The notes under the pieces are model-generated. The model was not told the origin of the DNA. It ran no database searches and worked only from the letters and a program-made list of their open reading frames with translations. A program made the translations under genes and the position numbers. Shown here in pieces: positions 28,503 to 42,110 of a stretch of 64,000 nucleotides of DNA (position 1 is the stretch's first letter; each line of letters opens with the position of its first letter). The stretch comes from Bacteroidales bacterium (GTDB lineage Bacteria > Bacteroidota > Bacteroidia > Bacteroidales > JAADJA01), in NCBI GenBank assembly GCA_016783885.1, contig JADHVR010000001.1, positions 54,284 to 118,283 of the forward strand, in the 5' to 3' direction.

Positions 28503-29765
28503 ATGATATTACTTAATGTAGGAATCGGAACAGTTATACTTACGAGTGTGGTCGTTTTTTTATTCGTCATTTTATTGTTAGTGATAGTTTTACTATACGC
28601 TCGTAAAAAATTAACGCCACAAGGAGATGTTACAATTACTATTAATGATGAAAAAGAATTAGTAACAAATCCGGGATCAACATTGTTGTCCACGCTTTCC
28701 ACTCAGAAAATTTTTCTGCCATCTGCCTGTGGTGGTGGCGGAACCTGCGGAGTGTGTAAAGTTCGTGTTTTGGAAGGCGCCGGAAGCATTCTCCCGACAG
28801 AAACCGGATTCTTCACTCGCAAAGAACAGATGAATAACTGGCGGCTCGGTTGCCAGGTGAAGGTTAGGGAAGATATGAAAATTGAAATTCCGAAAGAGAT
28901 ATTCGGAATTAAGAAATGGGAGTGCGAGGTTGTTTCCAATAGAAATGTGGCTACATTTATTAAAGAGTTTGTGGTTAAATTGCCCGAAGGAGAGCGTCTT
29001 GATTTCAGGTCGGGTGGTTATATACAGATTGATGTACCGGTATGTGAAGTTGATTATGCAAATGATATTGAAGTGGACGAAGAATACCGTGGCGACTGGG
29101 ATAAATTCAAAATGTGGGATCTGAAAATGAAAAACCCGGAGCCGATTTATCGTGCATACTCCATGGCAAACCATCCTGAAGAAGGTAATATTGTTATGCT
29201 GAATATCCGTATTGCCACTCCGCCCTGGGACCACTCAAAGAACGCTTTTATGAATGTAAATCCGGGTATTTGTTCTTCTTATGTGTTCTCCAGGAAGCCC
29301 GGTGATAAAGTTACAATCTCAGGGCCTTATGGTGAATTTTTTATCAAAGATACCGACCATGAGATAATGTTTATAGGAGGTGGCGCAGGTATGGCACCTA
29401 TGCGTTCGCATATCTTCCATCTTTTCCAAACCGAAAAAACTAACCGAAAAACAACCTTCTGGTATGGCGGAAGGTCATTGAGGGAATTGTTCTATATTGA
29501 CCAGTTTGAGGCAATAGACAAAGATTTTCCGAATTTTGATTTTCATATCGGGCTTTCAGAACCCATGCCGGAAGATGACTGGAAAGGATATGTGGGTTTT
29601 ATCCACCAGGTAATCTATGATAATTACCTGAAGAATCATCCCGAACCTGAAGATATCGAGTACTATCTCTGTGGGCCCCCTTTGATGAATGATGCCGTTC
29701 AGAAAATGTTAGACGACCTTGGTGTTCCTGAAGAAATGATAGCTTTTGATGATTTTGGAGAATAG
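28503..29765 (+). CDS. nqrF: Na+-NQR subunit F (2Fe-2S ferredoxin plus FAD/NADH domains)
   Basis: 420 aa. [12 protein letters not shown] cluster motif, [16 protein letters not shown]. Confidence 0.96.
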   Translation: MILLNVGIGTVILTSVVVFLFVILLLVIVLLYARKKLTPQGDVTITINDEKELVTNPGSTLLSTLSTQKIFLPSACGGGGTCGVCKVRVLEGAGSILPTETGFFTRKEQMNNWRLGCQVKVREDMKIEIPKEIFGIKKWECEVVSNRNVATFIKEFVVKLPEGERLDFRSGGYIQIDVPVCEVDYANDIEVDEEYRGDWDKFKMWDLKMKNPEPIYRAYSMANHPEEGNIVMLNIRIATPPWDHSKNAFMNVNPGICSSYVFSRKPGDKVTISGPYGEFFIKDTDHEIMFIGGGAGMAPMRSHIFHLFQTEKTNRKTTFWYGGRSLRELFYIDQFEAIDKDFPNFDFHIGLSEPMPEDDWKGYVGFIHQVIYDNYLKNHPEPEDIEYYLCGPPLMNDAVQKMLDDLGVPEEMIAFDDFGE

Positions 29766-29844
29766 AATAAATTGGCAAATTGATATTTCAAGCGTGGACG
29801 ATTGAAACAGATAAAGCTTGAAATTCTGAAAAAAATAGAGTATA

Positions 29845-30381
29845 ATGAAAAAAAATATCCTTTTATTGCTTTTTTACTTTATACCGTTTTTGTCTGCAAT
29901 ATCACAGTATGCTGAAGCAGATACTTTAACTGAAAATTCAAGAAAAAAGACCCAATTCTATATTACCCCTTCCGCCGGAATAATAAATGGAATAGGTAAA
30001 TCTAATCCTGCGATAGGTGTTAAAATCGGGGTGAGTATTGAAAGGTTTGGACGTATTGGCCCACAGCTTATTGCATCCCTTCCTGATGCTTACAGTTTGG
30101 CTTTATCAGTTATTGATTATGAATACCCTATCAAGATTGTGAAAAGGTTTAATATTATTCCAAATATTGGAATTGGTTATACACATAATACTTCAAGAAA
30201 ACATTCTTATTATTTCTCTCAAGCATATATCCCCATCTCTTCAATTGGTATTAATGCAGGTATTTCCGTAGAATTCATGTTTGTTAAATGGTTGGGCATC
30301 AAAACAGAATTCAACTATATGCTTGGGAAAAAGGATGCTTGTACTTCATTTTTAACAGGATCATTGGTTTTCATTTTATAA
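29845..30381 (+). CDS. Hypothetical small outer-membrane beta-barrel-like protein
   Basis: 178 aa. Signal peptide and alternating Gly/aromatic strands. Inserted between nqrF and apbE. Confidence 0.45.
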   Translation: MKKNILLLLFYFIPFLSAISQYAEADTLTENSRKKTQFYITPSAGIINGIGKSNPAIGVKIGVSIERFGRIGPQLIASLPDAYSLALSVIDYEYPIKIVKRFNIIPNIGIGYTHNTSRKHSYYFSQAYIPISSIGINAGISVEFMFVKWLGIKTEFNYMLGKKDACTSFLTGSLVFIL

Positions 30382-30506
30382 TGTTTGTAAAAGATATTAT
30401 ACTTATCAGAGAATGATTAATAGAAAAGGTGCAATAGAAAAATTTGATTAGGAATTCCTAATTGCAAAAGTATGGGATACAGGTTTTAAATCAAATAATT
30501 TTTCTG

Positions 30507-31511
30507 ATGAAAAAGTTACCGGTTGTTGTTTTGATTGATTTCTTCTTATTAATTTCTTGTATCAACGAAAATATCATCCCGGTAATAAAATTCACCGGCG
30601 AAGCCCAGGGAACTTATTATGCCGTTACATATTTCGATACAAATGGAAGAAATTTTCAGAGTGAAATCGATTCACTTTTAAATGCGTTCGATCAATCGGT
30701 TTCGGTATGGGTTCCGAATTCTGTGATCTCAAAAGTAAATAGAAATGATACTTTGGTTGAACTTGATTTTTATTTTACCGATATTTTTAACCTTTCAAAA
30801 GAAATTCATTCCAATACCACCGGCGCTTTTGACCCAACAGTTGGTCCATTGGTCAATGCATGGGGCTTTGGATTTACCGACAGGATGAAAGTCGATCAAA
30901 ATGTTGTGGATAGCCTTCTTCCTCTCGTAAATTTTCATAAAGTTAAAATAGCTGAAAACAAAGTAATAAAAGAGGATTCAAGGATTCAATTCGATTTTAA
31001 TGCCATTGCTCAGGGGTACTCCGTCGATCTGGTTGGAAAGTTACTTGAATCAAAAGGAATAGAGAATTATTTGATTGATATAGGAGGGGAAGTGCTTGCT
31101 AAAGGAAAAAAACCGAATGGTGATTTGTGGGAAGTAGGAATCGAAAAACCTAAAGACAATGCCTCTTACGGAGAAGGATTACAAGCAATAGTTAAACTTG
31201 AAAACAAAGCCCTGGCAACTTCAGGTAACTACCGTAAATTTTACGAAGTCAACGGAATAAGATATTCTCATACCATTGATCCGAAAACCGGATACCCGGT
31301 TCAGCATTCATTGTTAAGCGTTTCAGTATTGGCAGATGAATGTGCCACTGCAGATGCGTATGCAACCGCACTTATGGTGTTGGGATTGGAAAAGTCAAAA
31401 ACTTTACTAAATGAATTTAAACATCCGGATGCTTATTTTATTTATTCGGATGAACATGGAAACCTGAAAACCTTTTTTACAAGAGAATTTACAGATATTT
31501 TGGTGGAGTAA
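30507..31511 (+). CDS. apbE: FAD:protein FMN transferase (ApbE), lipoprotein
   Basis: The ATG at 30507 (MKKLPVVVLIDFFLLISC) is preferred over the TTG at 30462. Motifs FDPTVGPLVNAWGFG, AIAQGYSVD, TSGNYRKF and HTIDPKTGYP. Confidence 0.9.
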   Translation: MKKLPVVVLIDFFLLISCINENIIPVIKFTGEAQGTYYAVTYFDTNGRNFQSEIDSLLNAFDQSVSVWVPNSVISKVNRNDTLVELDFYFTDIFNLSKEIHSNTTGAFDPTVGPLVNAWGFGFTDRMKVDQNVVDSLLPLVNFHKVKIAENKVIKEDSRIQFDFNAIAQGYSVDLVGKLLESKGIENYLIDIGGEVLAKGKKPNGDLWEVGIEKPKDNASYGEGLQAIVKLENKALATSGNYRKFYEVNGIRYSHTIDPKTGYPVQHSLLSVSVLADECATADAYATALMVLGLEKSKTLLNEFKHPDAYFIYSDEHGNLKTFFTREFTDILVE

Positions 31512-31708
31512 ATTGAGGAAACTTAACCTGACAGGTGCTTATCCGACATGTTAGATTTGTATTCCGATAAGCTGACTTTTGTTATAAGAATAAAAAACCA
31601 CAAATAAATACTTAAGGTTCAGAATTTAAGGTTCTCGCCGATACCGATATTTATCGATATCGGGGCAAGGCTTAAAATTCATAAACAATAAACAATAGAC
31701 AATAAACC

Positions 31709-32020
31709 TTACGCCTGTGCTGTTGGCCCACCCAAATTCAGTGGCAAATTTTCAATTTCAGGTACTTTTATTTCTCCATGCATTGCCTCAAATTTGGTAA
31801 TGTTATCCTTTAGTGCCTTGAACAGCCTTTTAGCATGTTGCGGTGTAAGGATTATTCTTGATTTAACCTTTGCCTTTGGAATACCAGGCATCATTTTAAT
31901 GAAGTCAACAATAAACTCCGAATGAGAATGTGTGATAATGGCGAGATTCGAATAAATACCTTCTGCCATTTCATCACTCAATTCGATATTGATTTGTTTT
32001 TTTTGATTCTGTTCAGTCAT
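31709..32020 (-). CDS. DUF3467-family protein
   Basis: 103 aa. YSNLAIITHSHSEFIVDF... Sits downstream of rpoC, as is common in Bacteroidota. Confidence 0.75.
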   Translation of the reverse strand: MTEQNQKKQINIELSDEMAEGIYSNLAIITHSHSEFIVDFIKMMPGIPKAKVKSRIILTPQHAKRLFKALKDNITKFEAMHGEIKVPEIENLPLNLGGPTAQA

Positions 32021-32122
32021 TGCTATTTATTTTGTAGAAAAAATATTTTGCTCACGAATTATTTTACGAATAAAATACTCTCACCTATATACCTTATACC
32101 CTTACCCCAATTACCCTATTTA

Positions 32123-35100
32123 TTATTCAACCTCTTTAGATGCCATCAGGGCTTCATATTCTTCTTTTGAACCTACGATCAGGTTTTCATATTCTTTCAA
32201 GCCTGTTCCGGCAGGGATCAAATGACCTACAATCACATTTTCTTTTAATCCTACAAGATTATCAATCTTAGCATTTATTGAAGCCTGTGTGAGTACTTTT
32301 GTGGTTTCCTGGAATGAGGCAGCAGAAATAAAACTATAAGTTTGCAGAGATGCTTTTGTAATTCCCTGCAATACCTGCCGAGCAGTAGCAGGCTTTGCCT
32401 CCCTTGATTCAATAAGAGTTTTATCCTTTCTTTTTAACTGCGAATTTTCTTCTCTTAATTTCCTGGCACTTACTATCATTCCTGATTTATAGATTTGGGA
32501 ATCACCGGAATCAACAACTACTTTATTACCGAATATTTCATCGTTTTCATCACGAAAGTCAATTTTATTAACCAGTTCGCCTTCGAGAAATTTGGTATCG
32601 CCCGGGTCTTCAACTTCAACCTTACGCATCATCTGTCTGACAATTGTTTCAAAGTGCTTATCATTTATTTTTACACCCTGTAGCCTGTACACTTCCTGTA
32701 TTTCATTTACAATATACTCCTGAACTTTCATAGGTCCTTTAATGGCAAGGATGTCAGCAGGAGTCATCGCACCTTCTGATAAAGGAGTACCGGCTTTAAC
32801 ATAGTCATTTTCCTGTGCGAGGATTTGTTTTGATGTTGAAATTAAATACCTTTTTTCTTCACCGGTTTTTGAGGTGATTATTACTTCGCGATTGCCTCGC
32901 TTCAGTTTTTTGCCGAAGGATACTACGCCGTCGATTTCAGCCACCTTAGCCGGATCGAATGGGTTTCTTGCCTCGAATAATTCAGTTACTCTTGGCAAAC
33001 CTCCGGTGATATCCCCTGATTTACCAATTGCTCTTGGGATTTTAACCAGGATGTTGCCTGCCTTGATTTTAGCACCTTCATCAACAATAATATGTGAACC
33101 CACAGGAATATCATAAGACCTGATTTCCTGGTTGCCTGAATCCATTATTTTTATAGATGGATTTTTTGCTTTTTGACGAGTTTCAATGATCACCTTATCA
33201 TGATAGCCTGTTTGCTCATCCGATTCAACTCTGTAAGTAATACCTTCGATAATATTCTCAAATTTAATTTTACCACCGAATTCAGAGAGAATAACTGCAT
33301 TGTAAGGATCCCATTCTGTAATTGTATCTCCCTTGTTTACTTTATCACCTGCCTTAAAAAACAGTCTGGCTCCATAGGGTATATTACTTGACATTAAAAT
33401 AATACCGGTGTTTTCATCAATAATCCTCATTTCAGCAGAACGACCAATAACGATGTCATATTTTTTTCCTTCAGAATCCTTGTATTTAACAAAACGCAAT
33501 TCGTCAATTTCAAGAATTCCATCATACTTGGCTTCAATTTTAGAAGATATGGTAATATTTGAAGCAGTACCACCAACGTGGAAGGTTCTCAGGGTCAACT
33601 GTGTTCCCGGCTCACCGATGGATTGGGCAGCAATCACACCAACGGCTTCTCCATTCTGAACCATTCGTCCGGTAGCGAGGTTACGTCCATAACATTTGGT
33701 GCAAACCCCTCGTTTTGCTTCACATGTAAGTACCGATCTTATTTCAACTTCCTCAATAGGCGATTCTTCTAACAGCTTACAAATATCTTCGGTAAGTTCT
33801 TCCCCTGCTGTTGAAAGCAATTCACCTGAATGAGGATGATAGATGTTATGAAGTGTTGTTCTTCCCAATATCCTGTCATAAAGCGTTTCAACAATTTCTT
33901 CATTTTTCTTTAATGCGGTTATACGAAGTCCTCTAAGTGTACCGCAATCTGTTTCTTTTATAACCACATCCTGGGCTACATCAACTAAACGACGTGTCAG
34001 GTAACCTGCGTCTGCTGTTTTAAGAGCAGTATCAGCCAAACCTTTACGAGCGCCGTGTGTTGAAATAAAGTATTCGAGAACCGATAACCCTTCTTTAAAA
34101 TTGGACAGAATCGGGTTTTCAATAATTTCTCCTCCGGTTGCCCTTGATTTTTGTGGTTTTGCCATCAAACCTCTCATCCCTGACAACTGACGTATTTGCT
34201 CTTTCGAACCCCGTGCACCTGAATCAAGCATCATATATATAGCATTGAACCCCTGCCGGTCTTTCGATAGCTTTTGCATAAGGGTTTGAGTCAGCTTTGA
34301 ATTGGTATGAGTCCAGATGTCAATGATTTGGTTATATCTTTCGTTGTTGGTAATGAATCCCATATTATAGTTATTCATCACATCTTCAACCTCTTCGTTG
34401 GCTTGAGAAATTAGCTCTTCCTTAATTCCAGGAACAAGAATATCACCTAAGTTAAATGATAATCCACCTTCGAAAGCCATTTTAAAGCCAAGGTTTTTAA
34501 TATCATCAAGGAATTTGGCTGTTTTTGCCGTTCCGGTTTTTTTAAGAACATCCCCGATAATATCTCTAAGCGTTTTTTTCGTCAGAAGCTGATTAATATA
34601 ACCGATTTCTTCGGGAACTACCTGATTGAAAAGAATTCTTCCAACTGTTGTCTCAACAAGCTTTTCAACCGGTTCACCGTTTTCGTAATCCTTTATTTTA
34701 CAGTTGATGATAGAATGCAGATCAACCTTCATTTCATTAAAGGCAATTATTACTTCTTCTTTTCCGTAAAAAGTATAACCTTCGCCTTTAACGGGATTTT
34801 CGGGAGTACTTTTTTTTGCTTTAGTCATATAATAAAGCCCTAACACCATATCCTGCGAAGGAACAGTAATCGGTGCTCCGTTTGCCGGATTCAGAATGTT
34901 ATGAGATGCCAGCATAAGGATTTGTGCTTCGATGATTGCTGCATTTCCCAAAGGAACATGTACAGCCATTTGGTCGCCGTCGAAGTCGGCATTAAATGCT
35001 GTACAAACCAACGGGTGAAGCTGGATAGCTTTACCTTCAACTAATTTGGGCTGGAAAGCCTGGATACCGAGACGATGCAAAGTAGGAGCTCTGTTGAGCA

Positions 35101-36406
35101 TTACGGGATGTCCTTTCAGAATATTTTCAAGAATATCCCAAACAACCGGATCTTTCCTGTCAACGATTTTTTTTGCCGATTTAACGGTTTTAACAATGCC
35201 TCTTTCAAGCATTTTACGGATTATAAACGGTTTGAACAATTCCGAAGTCATTTCTTTCGGCAATCCGCATTCGTTAAGATTGAGTTCAGGCCCTACAACG
35301 ATAACCGACCTGCCTGAGTAATCGACCCTTTTACCGAGAAGGTTTTGACGAAATCTTCCCTGCTTACCCTTCAGGCTATCGCTTAACGATTTTAAAGCCC
35401 GGTTTGATTCTGTTTTAACAGCGTTGGATTTTCTTGAATTATCAAACAGTGAATCAACAGCTTCCTGAAGCATACGTTTTTCGTTACGCATAATTATATC
35501 AGGAGCCTTTATCTCGATTAGTCGCTTTAGCCTGTTATTTCTAATAATAACCCTTCTATAAAGGTCGTTCAGGTCGGAGGTTGCAAACCTACCACCATCC
35601 AGCGGAACTAATGGCCGTAGTTCTGGTGGAATAACCGGAACTACTTTAACGATCATCCACTCAGGGTTATTCTCAATCCTGTTCTGACCATCACGGAATG
35701 CTTCAACTACCTGAAGTCGCTTAAGGGCATCCTTTTTTCTTTGCTGAGAAGTTTCTGTATTAGCCTTGTGGCGTAACTCATAAGATAACTTGTTAAGATC
35801 CAATCTTGCAAGAAGGTCATGTATCGCTTCAGCTCCCATTTTTGCAATAAATTTATTTGGATCACTGTCATCTAAATACTGATTATCAGCCGGAAGAGCA
35901 TCAATGATATCGAAGTATTCTTCTTCTGTTAGAAAATCGAGATATTCTATTCCGTCATCTTTTTTAATACCAGGATTAACAACCACATACCTTTCGTAAT
36001 AAATAATAGAATCCAGCTTTTTTGTTTGTAATCCAAGCAAAGCTCCTATTTTGTTTGGCAATGACCTGAAGAACCAAATATGAGCAACAGGAACGACTAA
36101 TTGGATATGCCCCATTCGTTCCCTCCTGACTTTTTTTTCGGTTACTTCAACGCCGCACCTGTCGCAAACGATCCCCTTATAGCGTATTCTTTTATATTTT
36201 CCGCAATGACATTCCCAATCTTTAACGGGACCAAAGATTCTTTCACAGAACAATCCGTCTCTTTCGGGTTTATATGTTCTGTAATTAATAGTTTCAGGCT
36301 TAGTAACTTCTCCATACGAACGCTCAAGGATTATTTCGGGAGAAGCTATACTGATTGTAATTTTTGAAAAATCACCAGAGATTTTTTCTTCTTTTCTGAA
36401 TGCCAT
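32123..36406 (-). CDS. rpoC: DNA-directed RNA polymerase subunit beta prime
   Basis: 1427 aa. [12 protein letters not shown] active site. Confidence 0.99.
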   Translation of the reverse strand: MAFRKEEKISGDFSKITISIASPEIILERSYGEVTKPETINYRTYKPERDGLFCERIFGPVKDWECHCGKYKRIRYKGIVCDRCGVEVTEKKVRRERMGHIQLVVPVAHIWFFRSLPNKIGALLGLQTKKLDSIIYYERYVVVNPGIKKDDGIEYLDFLTEEEYFDIIDALPADNQYLDDSDPNKFIAKMGAEAIHDLLARLDLNKLSYELRHKANTETSQQRKKDALKRLQVVEAFRDGQNRIENNPEWMIVKVVPVIPPELRPLVPLDGGRFATSDLNDLYRRVIIRNNRLKRLIEIKAPDIIMRNEKRMLQEAVDSLFDNSRKSNAVKTESNRALKSLSDSLKGKQGRFRQNLLGKRVDYSGRSVIVVGPELNLNECGLPKEMTSELFKPFIIRKMLERGIVKTVKSAKKIVDRKDPVVWDILENILKGHPVMLNRAPTLHRLGIQAFQPKLVEGKAIQLHPLVCTAFNADFDGDQMAVHVPLGNAAIIEAQILMLASHNILNPANGAPITVPSQDMVLGLYYMTKAKKSTPENPVKGEGYTFYGKEEVIIAFNEMKVDLHSIINCKIKDYENGEPVEKLVETTVGRILFNQVVPEEIGYINQLLTKKTLRDIIGDVLKKTGTAKTAKFLDDIKNLGFKMAFEGGLSFNLGDILVPGIKEELISQANEEVEDVMNNYNMGFITNNERYNQIIDIWTHTNSKLTQTLMQKLSKDRQGFNAIYMMLDSGARGSKEQIRQLSGMRGLMAKPQKSRATGGEIIENPILSNFKEGLSVLEYFISTHGARKGLADTALKTADAGYLTRRLVDVAQDVVIKETDCGTLRGLRITALKKNEEIVETLYDRILGRTTLHNIYHPHSGELLSTAGEELTEDICKLLEESPIEEVEIRSVLTCEAKRGVCTKCYGRNLATGRMVQNGEAVGVIAAQSIGEPGTQLTLRTFHVGGTASNITISSKIEAKYDGILEIDELRFVKYKDSEGKKYDIVIGRSAEMRIIDENTGIILMSSNIPYGARLFFKAGDKVNKGDTITEWDPYNAVILSEFGGKIKFENIIEGITYRVESDEQTGYHDKVIIETRQKAKNPSIKIMDSGNQEIRSYDIPVGSHIIVDEGAKIKAGNILVKIPRAIGKSGDITGGLPRVTELFEARNPFDPAKVAEIDGVVSFGKKLKRGNREVIITSKTGEEKRYLISTSKQILAQENDYVKAGTPLSEGAMTPADILAIKGPMKVQEYIVNEIQEVYRLQGVKINDKHFETIVRQMMRKVEVEDPGDTKFLEGELVNKIDFRDENDEIFGNKVVVDSGDSQIYKSGMIVSARKLREENSQLKRKDKTLIESREAKPATARQVLQGITKASLQTYSFISAASFQETTKVLTQASINAKIDNLVGLKENVIVGHLIPAGTGLKEYENLIVGSKEEYEALMASKEVE

Positions 36407-36463
36407 ATTTTATTTTCTTATTATCGGTTAAATAGACAAAACAAGGTTAGTATAAACCGTAAA

Positions 36464-39400
36464 TTACTTATCGAAAGTTATATTCAAGCCCAGACCTCTT
36501 AATTCATGTACTAAAACATTGAATGATTCCGGAATATTAGGTTTAGGCATATTTTCACCTTTTACAATAGCTTCATAAGCTTTAGCTCTGCCAATAACAT
36601 CGTCTGATTTAACAGTAAGTACTTCCTGGAGGACATTAGCAGCGCCGAATGCTTCGAGAGCCCATACTTCCATTTCACCAAACCTCTGCCCACCAAATTG
36701 AGCTTTACCACCAAGAGGCTGTTGGGTTATTAAGGAGTATGGCCCAATTGACCGGGCATGCATCTTATCGGCGGCCATGTGATGCAGTTTTAAAATATAA
36801 ATATATCCAACGGTAGCAGGCTGGTCGAACCGTTTACCGGTACAACCATCGTAAAGGTAAACCATTCCGTTTTTTGGAAGATCAGCCTTTTCCATATATT
36901 CATTTATCTGATCGGAGGTTGCTCCGTCAAAAATCGGAGAAGCAAAATTTAATCCTAATTTTTTGCCTGCCCAACCAAGGATAGTTTCGTAAATCTGACC
37001 AAGGTTCATTCGCGAAGGAACACCTAACGGGTTAAGTACTATATCCACAGGAGTTCCATCTTCAAGGAACGGCATATCTTCTTCACGAACGATTTTAGCA
37101 ACAATACCTTTATTACCATGACGACCTGCCATTTTATCACCAACAGTCAGCTTACGTTTTTTGGCAATGAATACTTTAGCCATCTGTACAATTCCGTTTG
37201 GTAAATCATCTCCAACACTTGCAACGAATTTCTTACGATTATAAACACCGAGAATTTCTTTATACTTAATCGTATAATTATTAATCAATTGTTTTATAAG
37301 TTCGTTTTTTGCCTTATCGGTAGTCCATTTATTCGGATTGACATTAAGATAATCTATACTCTGAAGAAGTTTTTGTGTGAATTTTATTTTTTTAGGAATA
37401 ATAACTTCTTTGAATTTATTATTAACTCCTTGTGAAGTTTTTCCACTAACCATTATAGTTAACTTATCAACCAGCTTATTTTTTAGTTCTTCGGCATTTT
37501 TTAAGTATTCATCATCAAGTTGCTGGATAATTTCCTTTTCTTTATTTTTTTCTTTTCTGTCTTTAATGGTACGCGAGAAGAGTTTTTTATCGATAACTAT
37601 TCCATTCATTGATGGGGGCGCTTTTAAAGAAGCATCTTTCACATCACCGGCTTTATCACCGAAGATTGCTCTTAATAATTTTTCTTCAGGTGTAGGATCA
37701 GATTCTCCTTTAGGTGTAATTTTACCAATTAGGATGTCTCCTTCTTTTACTTCAGCGCCAATTCTGATGATACCATTGTCATCAAGATCTTTTGTAGCTT
37801 CGGCGCTAATGTTTGGTATATCGGCAGTTAATTCCTCAACACCTCTTTTAGTATCTCTAACTTCAAGCGTAAATTCCTCAATATGAACAGATGTAAAAAT
37901 ATCCTCTTTAACAACTCGCTCAGAAATAACGATAGCATCCTCAAAGTTGTATCCTTTCCATGGCATGAACGCTACCATAAGGTTTCTTCCCAAAGCCAGT
38001 TCCCCGTTTTTAGTTGCATATCCTTCGCAAAGCACCTGTCCCTTTTGTACCTTGTCACCTTTTTTGACAATCGGTCTTAGGTTTATTGATGTATTTTGGT
38101 TTGTCCGTTTGAATTTTGTGAGCTTATAAGTTTTAAGATCATCATCAAAACTAACAAGTTTTTCTTCTTCTCGCCTTGTGTGTCTGATTCTTATTTCATT
38201 AGCGTCAACAAACTCAACAATTCCATCATCTTCAGCATTAATTAGAACACGAGAATCTCTGGCTACATGCTTTTCGATACCGGTTCCGACAATCGGATTT
38301 TCAGAATTCAATAAAGGTACAGCCTGTCGCATCATGTTTGAACCCATTAAGGCCCTGTTCGCATCATCATTTTCAAGGAATGGAATCATAGAAGCTGCAA
38401 TTGAAGCAATTTGGTTTGGAGCAATATCGATTAAATCGACTTCAGTCTTGTTAATAATCGGGTAATCGGCAAGATACCTGACTTTGACCCTGTCATTTAC
38501 AAATGATCCATCATCATTCAGTAATGTATTTGCTTGTGCAATAATTTTATCTTCTTCTTCTTCAGCAGTTAGATAAATTGGGGGTTCTTCCAAAGTTACA
38601 ATTCCTTCCACAACTTTTTTATATGGGGTTTCGATGAATCCAAGTTTATTGATTTTGGCGTAAACACAAAGTGATGATATCAAACCGATGTTCGGACCTT
38701 CCGGAGTTTCGATTGTACAGAGCCTGCCATAGTGAGTATAATGCACATCACGTACTTCAAAGCCTGCCCTTTCTCTTGATAAACCTCCCGGTCCTAAGGC
38801 AGATATTCTCCTTTTATGAGTGAGTTCAGACAATGGATTTGTCTGATCCATAAACTGAGATAACTGGTTTGTGCCGAAAAATGAATTAATAACCGAAGAT
38901 AATGTTTTGGCATTGATCAGGTCGGTAGGAGTAAAGACCTCATTATCCCTAACATTCATTCTTTCCCTGATTGTTCTTGACATACGTGCAAGCCCAACTC
39001 CAAACTGGGAATATAATTGTTCGCCTACTGTTCTTACTCTTCTATTGCTTAAATGGTCGATATCATCCACAATGGTTTTTGAATTTACCAGTTCAATGAG
39101 ATATTTAATGATGTCGATAATATCTTCTTTTGTAAGAACTTTTATGTCAGAATTAACATCAATTCCTAATTTTTTATTAATCCTAAACCTGCCAACGTCT
39201 CCAAGATCGTAACGCTTATCAGAGAAAAACAATTTATCTATAATTCCCCTTGCTGTTTCTTCATCAGGAGGTTCGGCATTACGCAACTGGCGGTAAATAA
39301 ATTCAACTGCTTCTTTTTCAGAGTTTGCAGTGTCTTTTTGCAGTGTGTTAAAAATAATTGAATAATCGGTAGCGGTTGATTCATCTCTATGCAGCAAAAT

Positions 39401-40315
39401 TGTTTTAATTCCTGCCTCAACTATCTCATCAATATGGCTGCTTTCAAGAATTGTTTCCCTGTCAATTATAACTTCAGTTCTTTCAATTGATACAACTTCA
39501 CCTGTATCTTCATCAACAAAATCTTCTATCCATGACCGGACAACCCTGGCAGCCAACCTTCTGCCGAGAACTTTTTTAAGCCCACTTTTGCTTACTTTTA
39601 TTTCTTCGGCAAGATTGAATATTTCAAGAATATCTTTATCACTTTCGTATCCAATTGCCCTTAGTAATGTAGTGATAGGCAACTTTTTTTTCCTGTCGAT
39701 ATAAGCATACATTACGTTATTTATATCGGTGGTAAATTCCATCCATGATCCCTTGAACGGAATTATCCTCGCAGAATACAAAGTTGTACCGTTTGCATGT
39801 TTGTGCTGTCCGAAAAAAACTCCGGGTGATCTGTGTAGTTGAGAAACAACGACCCTTTCAGCCCCATTAATAATGAATGTACCTTTTGGTGTCATATAAG
39901 GCATCATTCCAAGATAAACATCCTGGATGATCGTTTCAAAATCCTCATGGTCTGCATCGGTACAATATAGTTTTAATTTTGCTTTTAAAGGGACACTGTA
40001 TGTTAATCCCCTTTCGATGCATTCATTAATTGAGTACCTGGGAGGATCAATAAAATAATCCAGGAATTCAAGTACAAAATTGTTTCTGGCATCGGTTATT
40101 GGGAAGTTTTCGCTGAATACTTTATATAGCCCCTCGTTAGCCCGATTTTCCGGATTTGTTTCCAATTGAAAAAAATCACGGAAAGATTTAATCTGAATAT
40201 CCAGGAAATCCGGGTATTTGAATTTAATTTTGGTTGAACCGAAATCAATTCTGTTAAAATTGGTTGTAGCCAAGGTTATAAGATTTATAGAGTTAGAAAT
40301 AATTTTATTAAACAA
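36464..40315 (-). CDS. rpoB: DNA-directed RNA polymerase subunit beta
   Basis: 1283 aa as tracked. The first codon at 40315 is TTG and there is no ATG near the N-terminus. An alternative TTG at 40273 would give [13 protein letters not shown]. The start is uncertain. Confidence 0.98.
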   Translation of the reverse strand: MFNKIISNSINLITLATTNFNRIDFGSTKIKFKYPDFLDIQIKSFRDFFQLETNPENRANEGLYKVFSENFPITDARNNFVLEFLDYFIDPPRYSINECIERGLTYSVPLKAKLKLYCTDADHEDFETIIQDVYLGMMPYMTPKGTFIINGAERVVVSQLHRSPGVFFGQHKHANGTTLYSARIIPFKGSWMEFTTDINNVMYAYIDRKKKLPITTLLRAIGYESDKDILEIFNLAEEIKVSKSGLKKVLGRRLAARVVRSWIEDFVDEDTGEVVSIERTEVIIDRETILESSHIDEIVEAGIKTILLHRDESTATDYSIIFNTLQKDTANSEKEAVEFIYRQLRNAEPPDEETARGIIDKLFFSDKRYDLGDVGRFRINKKLGIDVNSDIKVLTKEDIIDIIKYLIELVNSKTIVDDIDHLSNRRVRTVGEQLYSQFGVGLARMSRTIRERMNVRDNEVFTPTDLINAKTLSSVINSFFGTNQLSQFMDQTNPLSELTHKRRISALGPGGLSRERAGFEVRDVHYTHYGRLCTIETPEGPNIGLISSLCVYAKINKLGFIETPYKKVVEGIVTLEEPPIYLTAEEEEDKIIAQANTLLNDDGSFVNDRVKVRYLADYPIINKTEVDLIDIAPNQIASIAASMIPFLENDDANRALMGSNMMRQAVPLLNSENPIVGTGIEKHVARDSRVLINAEDDGIVEFVDANEIRIRHTRREEEKLVSFDDDLKTYKLTKFKRTNQNTSINLRPIVKKGDKVQKGQVLCEGYATKNGELALGRNLMVAFMPWKGYNFEDAIVISERVVKEDIFTSVHIEEFTLEVRDTKRGVEELTADIPNISAEATKDLDDNGIIRIGAEVKEGDILIGKITPKGESDPTPEEKLLRAIFGDKAGDVKDASLKAPPSMNGIVIDKKLFSRTIKDRKEKNKEKEIIQQLDDEYLKNAEELKNKLVDKLTIMVSGKTSQGVNNKFKEVIIPKKIKFTQKLLQSIDYLNVNPNKWTTDKAKNELIKQLINNYTIKYKEILGVYNRKKFVASVGDDLPNGIVQMAKVFIAKKRKLTVGDKMAGRHGNKGIVAKIVREEDMPFLEDGTPVDIVLNPLGVPSRMNLGQIYETILGWAGKKLGLNFASPIFDGATSDQINEYMEKADLPKNGMVYLYDGCTGKRFDQPATVGYIYILKLHHMAADKMHARSIGPYSLITQQPLGGKAQFGGQRFGEMEVWALEAFGAANVLQEVLTVKSDDVIGRAKAYEAIVKGENMPKPNIPESFNVLVHELRGLGLNITFDK

Positions 40316-40329
40316 AAATATAATAAGAA

Positions 40330-40389
40330 ATTAGACTACTACATATTCTAAAATGCAACAGCAGTCTAATTCCTGCAGTTCAGTCTAAT
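40330..40389 (-). promoter_or_regulatory. rplL-rpoB intercistronic hairpin (possible attenuator or processing site)
   Basis: ATTAGACT(ac)T at 40330-40340 pairs with A(gc)AGTCTAAT at 40360-40370. An extra AGTCTAAT copy lies at 40382-40389. Confidence 0.35.
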
Positions 40390-40395
40390 AAATCC

Positions 40396-40773
40396 TTATT
40401 TAACTTCAACCTCTGCTCCGGCTTCTTCCAGTTGACTCTTTAATGCTTCTGCTTCGTCCTTAGTAATACCTTCTTTAATAGCCTTCGGAGCTGCATCAAC
40501 TAATTCCTTAGATTCTTTAAGACCTAAACTGGTTAATTCCTTAACTAATTTAACTACTGCCAACTTCGACTGACCAGCAGCCTTAATGATAACATCGAAT
40601 GAAGTTTGTTCTTCTACTGCACCGCTTTCATCTGCACCTGCTGCAGGACCTGCAACTGCTACAGCAGCAGCAGGTTCTATTCCGTATTCGTCTTTTAATA
40701 TTTGCGCTAATTCGTTTACTTCTTTAACAGTTAAGTTTACTAATTGTTCTGCAAATTCTTTTAAGTCTGCCAT
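40396..40773 (-). CDS. rplL: 50S ribosomal protein L7/L12
   Basis: 125 aa. Ala-rich hinge, ending ...[11 protein letters not shown]. Confidence 0.98.
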   Translation of the reverse strand: MADLKEFAEQLVNLTVKEVNELAQILKDEYGIEPAAAVAVAGPAAGADESGAVEEQTSFDVIIKAAGQSKLAVVKLVKELTSLGLKESKELVDAAPKAIKEGITKDEAEALKSQLEEAGAEVEVK

Positions 40774-40820
40774 TTTATACTATTTTTTTATGTTTTTAAA
40801 TATTCAATTTTTTTATAAAT

Positions 40821-41342
40821 CTAATCGGCTTTTTCCGATAATGTTTTAAGAATTCCTGTAAGATTCTGACCGCTTGATTGTAATGCTGATATAACATTTT
40901 TTGCAGGTGATTGCAACAATAGTATAATATCGGCAATCAATTCATTCTTAGATTTAATATTAATCAGTATTTCAAGCTGGTCATCACCAAGGTAAGTAAC
41001 TTCCTCAACATAAGCACCCTTTAAAACAGGTCTGTTAGAAATTTTCCTAAACTCCTTAATGAGCTTTGCCGGCGTATTTCCGGCTTCAGCAAACATTAAT
41101 GAAGTAGGACCTTTAAGTGCATCATAAAGTTCTTCGAGGTTTTTCTCCGATTTTTCCATTGCTCTTTTGAGCAACGTATTTTTAACAACTGTCAACTTTA
41201 TGTTTCTTTTAAAGCAAAGCCTTCTTAAATTACTGGTAACTTCTGCATTCAAATCAGAAATATCAGCAATATAAATATTACTGTTTTCGTTTAATTGGTC
41301 TGCCAATGAGCCAATAAGTTGATTTTTTTCCTCTTTTCTCAT
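40821..41342 (-). CDS. rplJ: 50S ribosomal protein L10
   Basis: 173 aa, positioned between rplA and rplL. Confidence 0.95.
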   Translation of the reverse strand: MRKEEKNQLIGSLADQLNENSNIYIADISDLNAEVTSNLRRLCFKRNIKLTVVKNTLLKRAMEKSEKNLEELYDALKGPTSLMFAEAGNTPAKLIKEFRKISNRPVLKGAYVEEVTYLGDDQLEILINIKSKNELIADIILLLQSPAKNVISALQSSGQNLTGILKTLSEKAD

Positions 41343-41367
41343 TGTAAAATTTTTACCTTATAATCTG

Positions 41368-42069
41368 TTATTGTAATAAAGAAACTGATTTAGGTTCAAC
41401 CTGAACACCCATGCTCATCGTACTTGATATATAGATACTTTTGATATAAGTACCCTTTGAAGCTGCCGGTTTCAGTTTGACAATTGTCTGGACTAATTCC
41501 TTTGCATTGTCAATAATTTTTTCGATATCGAAAGAAATTTTTGCAACAGATGCATGAATTATTCCTGTCTTGTCAACTTTGAAGTCAATTTTACCGGCTT
41601 TTACATCCTGAACTGCCTTTCCAATTTCCATGGTAACCGTACCACTTTTTGGGTTAGGCATTAACCCTCTGGGACCTAAGATTCTGCCAAGTGCACCAAC
41701 TTTAGGCATAACGCTTGGCATAGTAATCACTACATCAATATCTGTCCAACCTCCCTTTATCTTCTGGATGTATTCGTCAAGTCCAACGTAATCAGCTCCT
41801 GCAGTTTTAGCCTCATCCTCTTTTTCAGGCGTACACAATACCAAAACTTTAACCGTTTTACCAGTGCCGTGAGGCAAAGTAACGGTACCGCGCACCATTT
41901 GATTTGCTTTTCTTGGGTCAACCCCAAGACGTATATCCAAATCAACCGATGCATCGAACTTGGTATATGTAATATCTTTAATGATATTTACCGCTTCTGA
42001 AATGGGATATGTTATGTCCTTATCGAACTTGCCTAAAACTTCTTTCCTTTTTTTAGTTATTTTGGTCAT
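41368..42069 (-). CDS. rplA: 50S ribosomal protein L1
   Basis: 233 aa. [12 protein letters not shown] and [11 protein letters not shown]. Confidence 0.98.
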   Translation of the reverse strand: MTKITKKRKEVLGKFDKDITYPISEAVNIIKDITYTKFDASVDLDIRLGVDPRKANQMVRGTVTLPHGTGKTVKVLVLCTPEKEDEAKTAGADYVGLDEYIQKIKGGWTDIDVVITMPSVMPKVGALGRILGPRGLMPNPKSGTVTMEIGKAVQDVKAGKIDFKVDKTGIIHASVAKISFDIEKIIDNAKELVQTIVKLKPAASKGTYIKSIYISSTMSMGVQVEPKSVSLLQ

Positions 42070-42110
42070 TTTACCTTATTTAATAAATAACTCTACACTT
42101 AAACTCCATA

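Noticed and set aside
28677-29234. 185-aa minus-strand ORF inside nqrF, and similar antisense ORFs in nqrB, nqrC and nqrE
   Set aside because: They lie antisense to conserved nqr genes and their composition is typical of shadow ORFs.
32495-40000. Numerous 60-170-aa plus-strand ORFs inside rpoC and rpoB
   Set aside because: They lie antisense to two unambiguous, highly conserved genes and have low-complexity Ser/Phe/Ile-rich translations.
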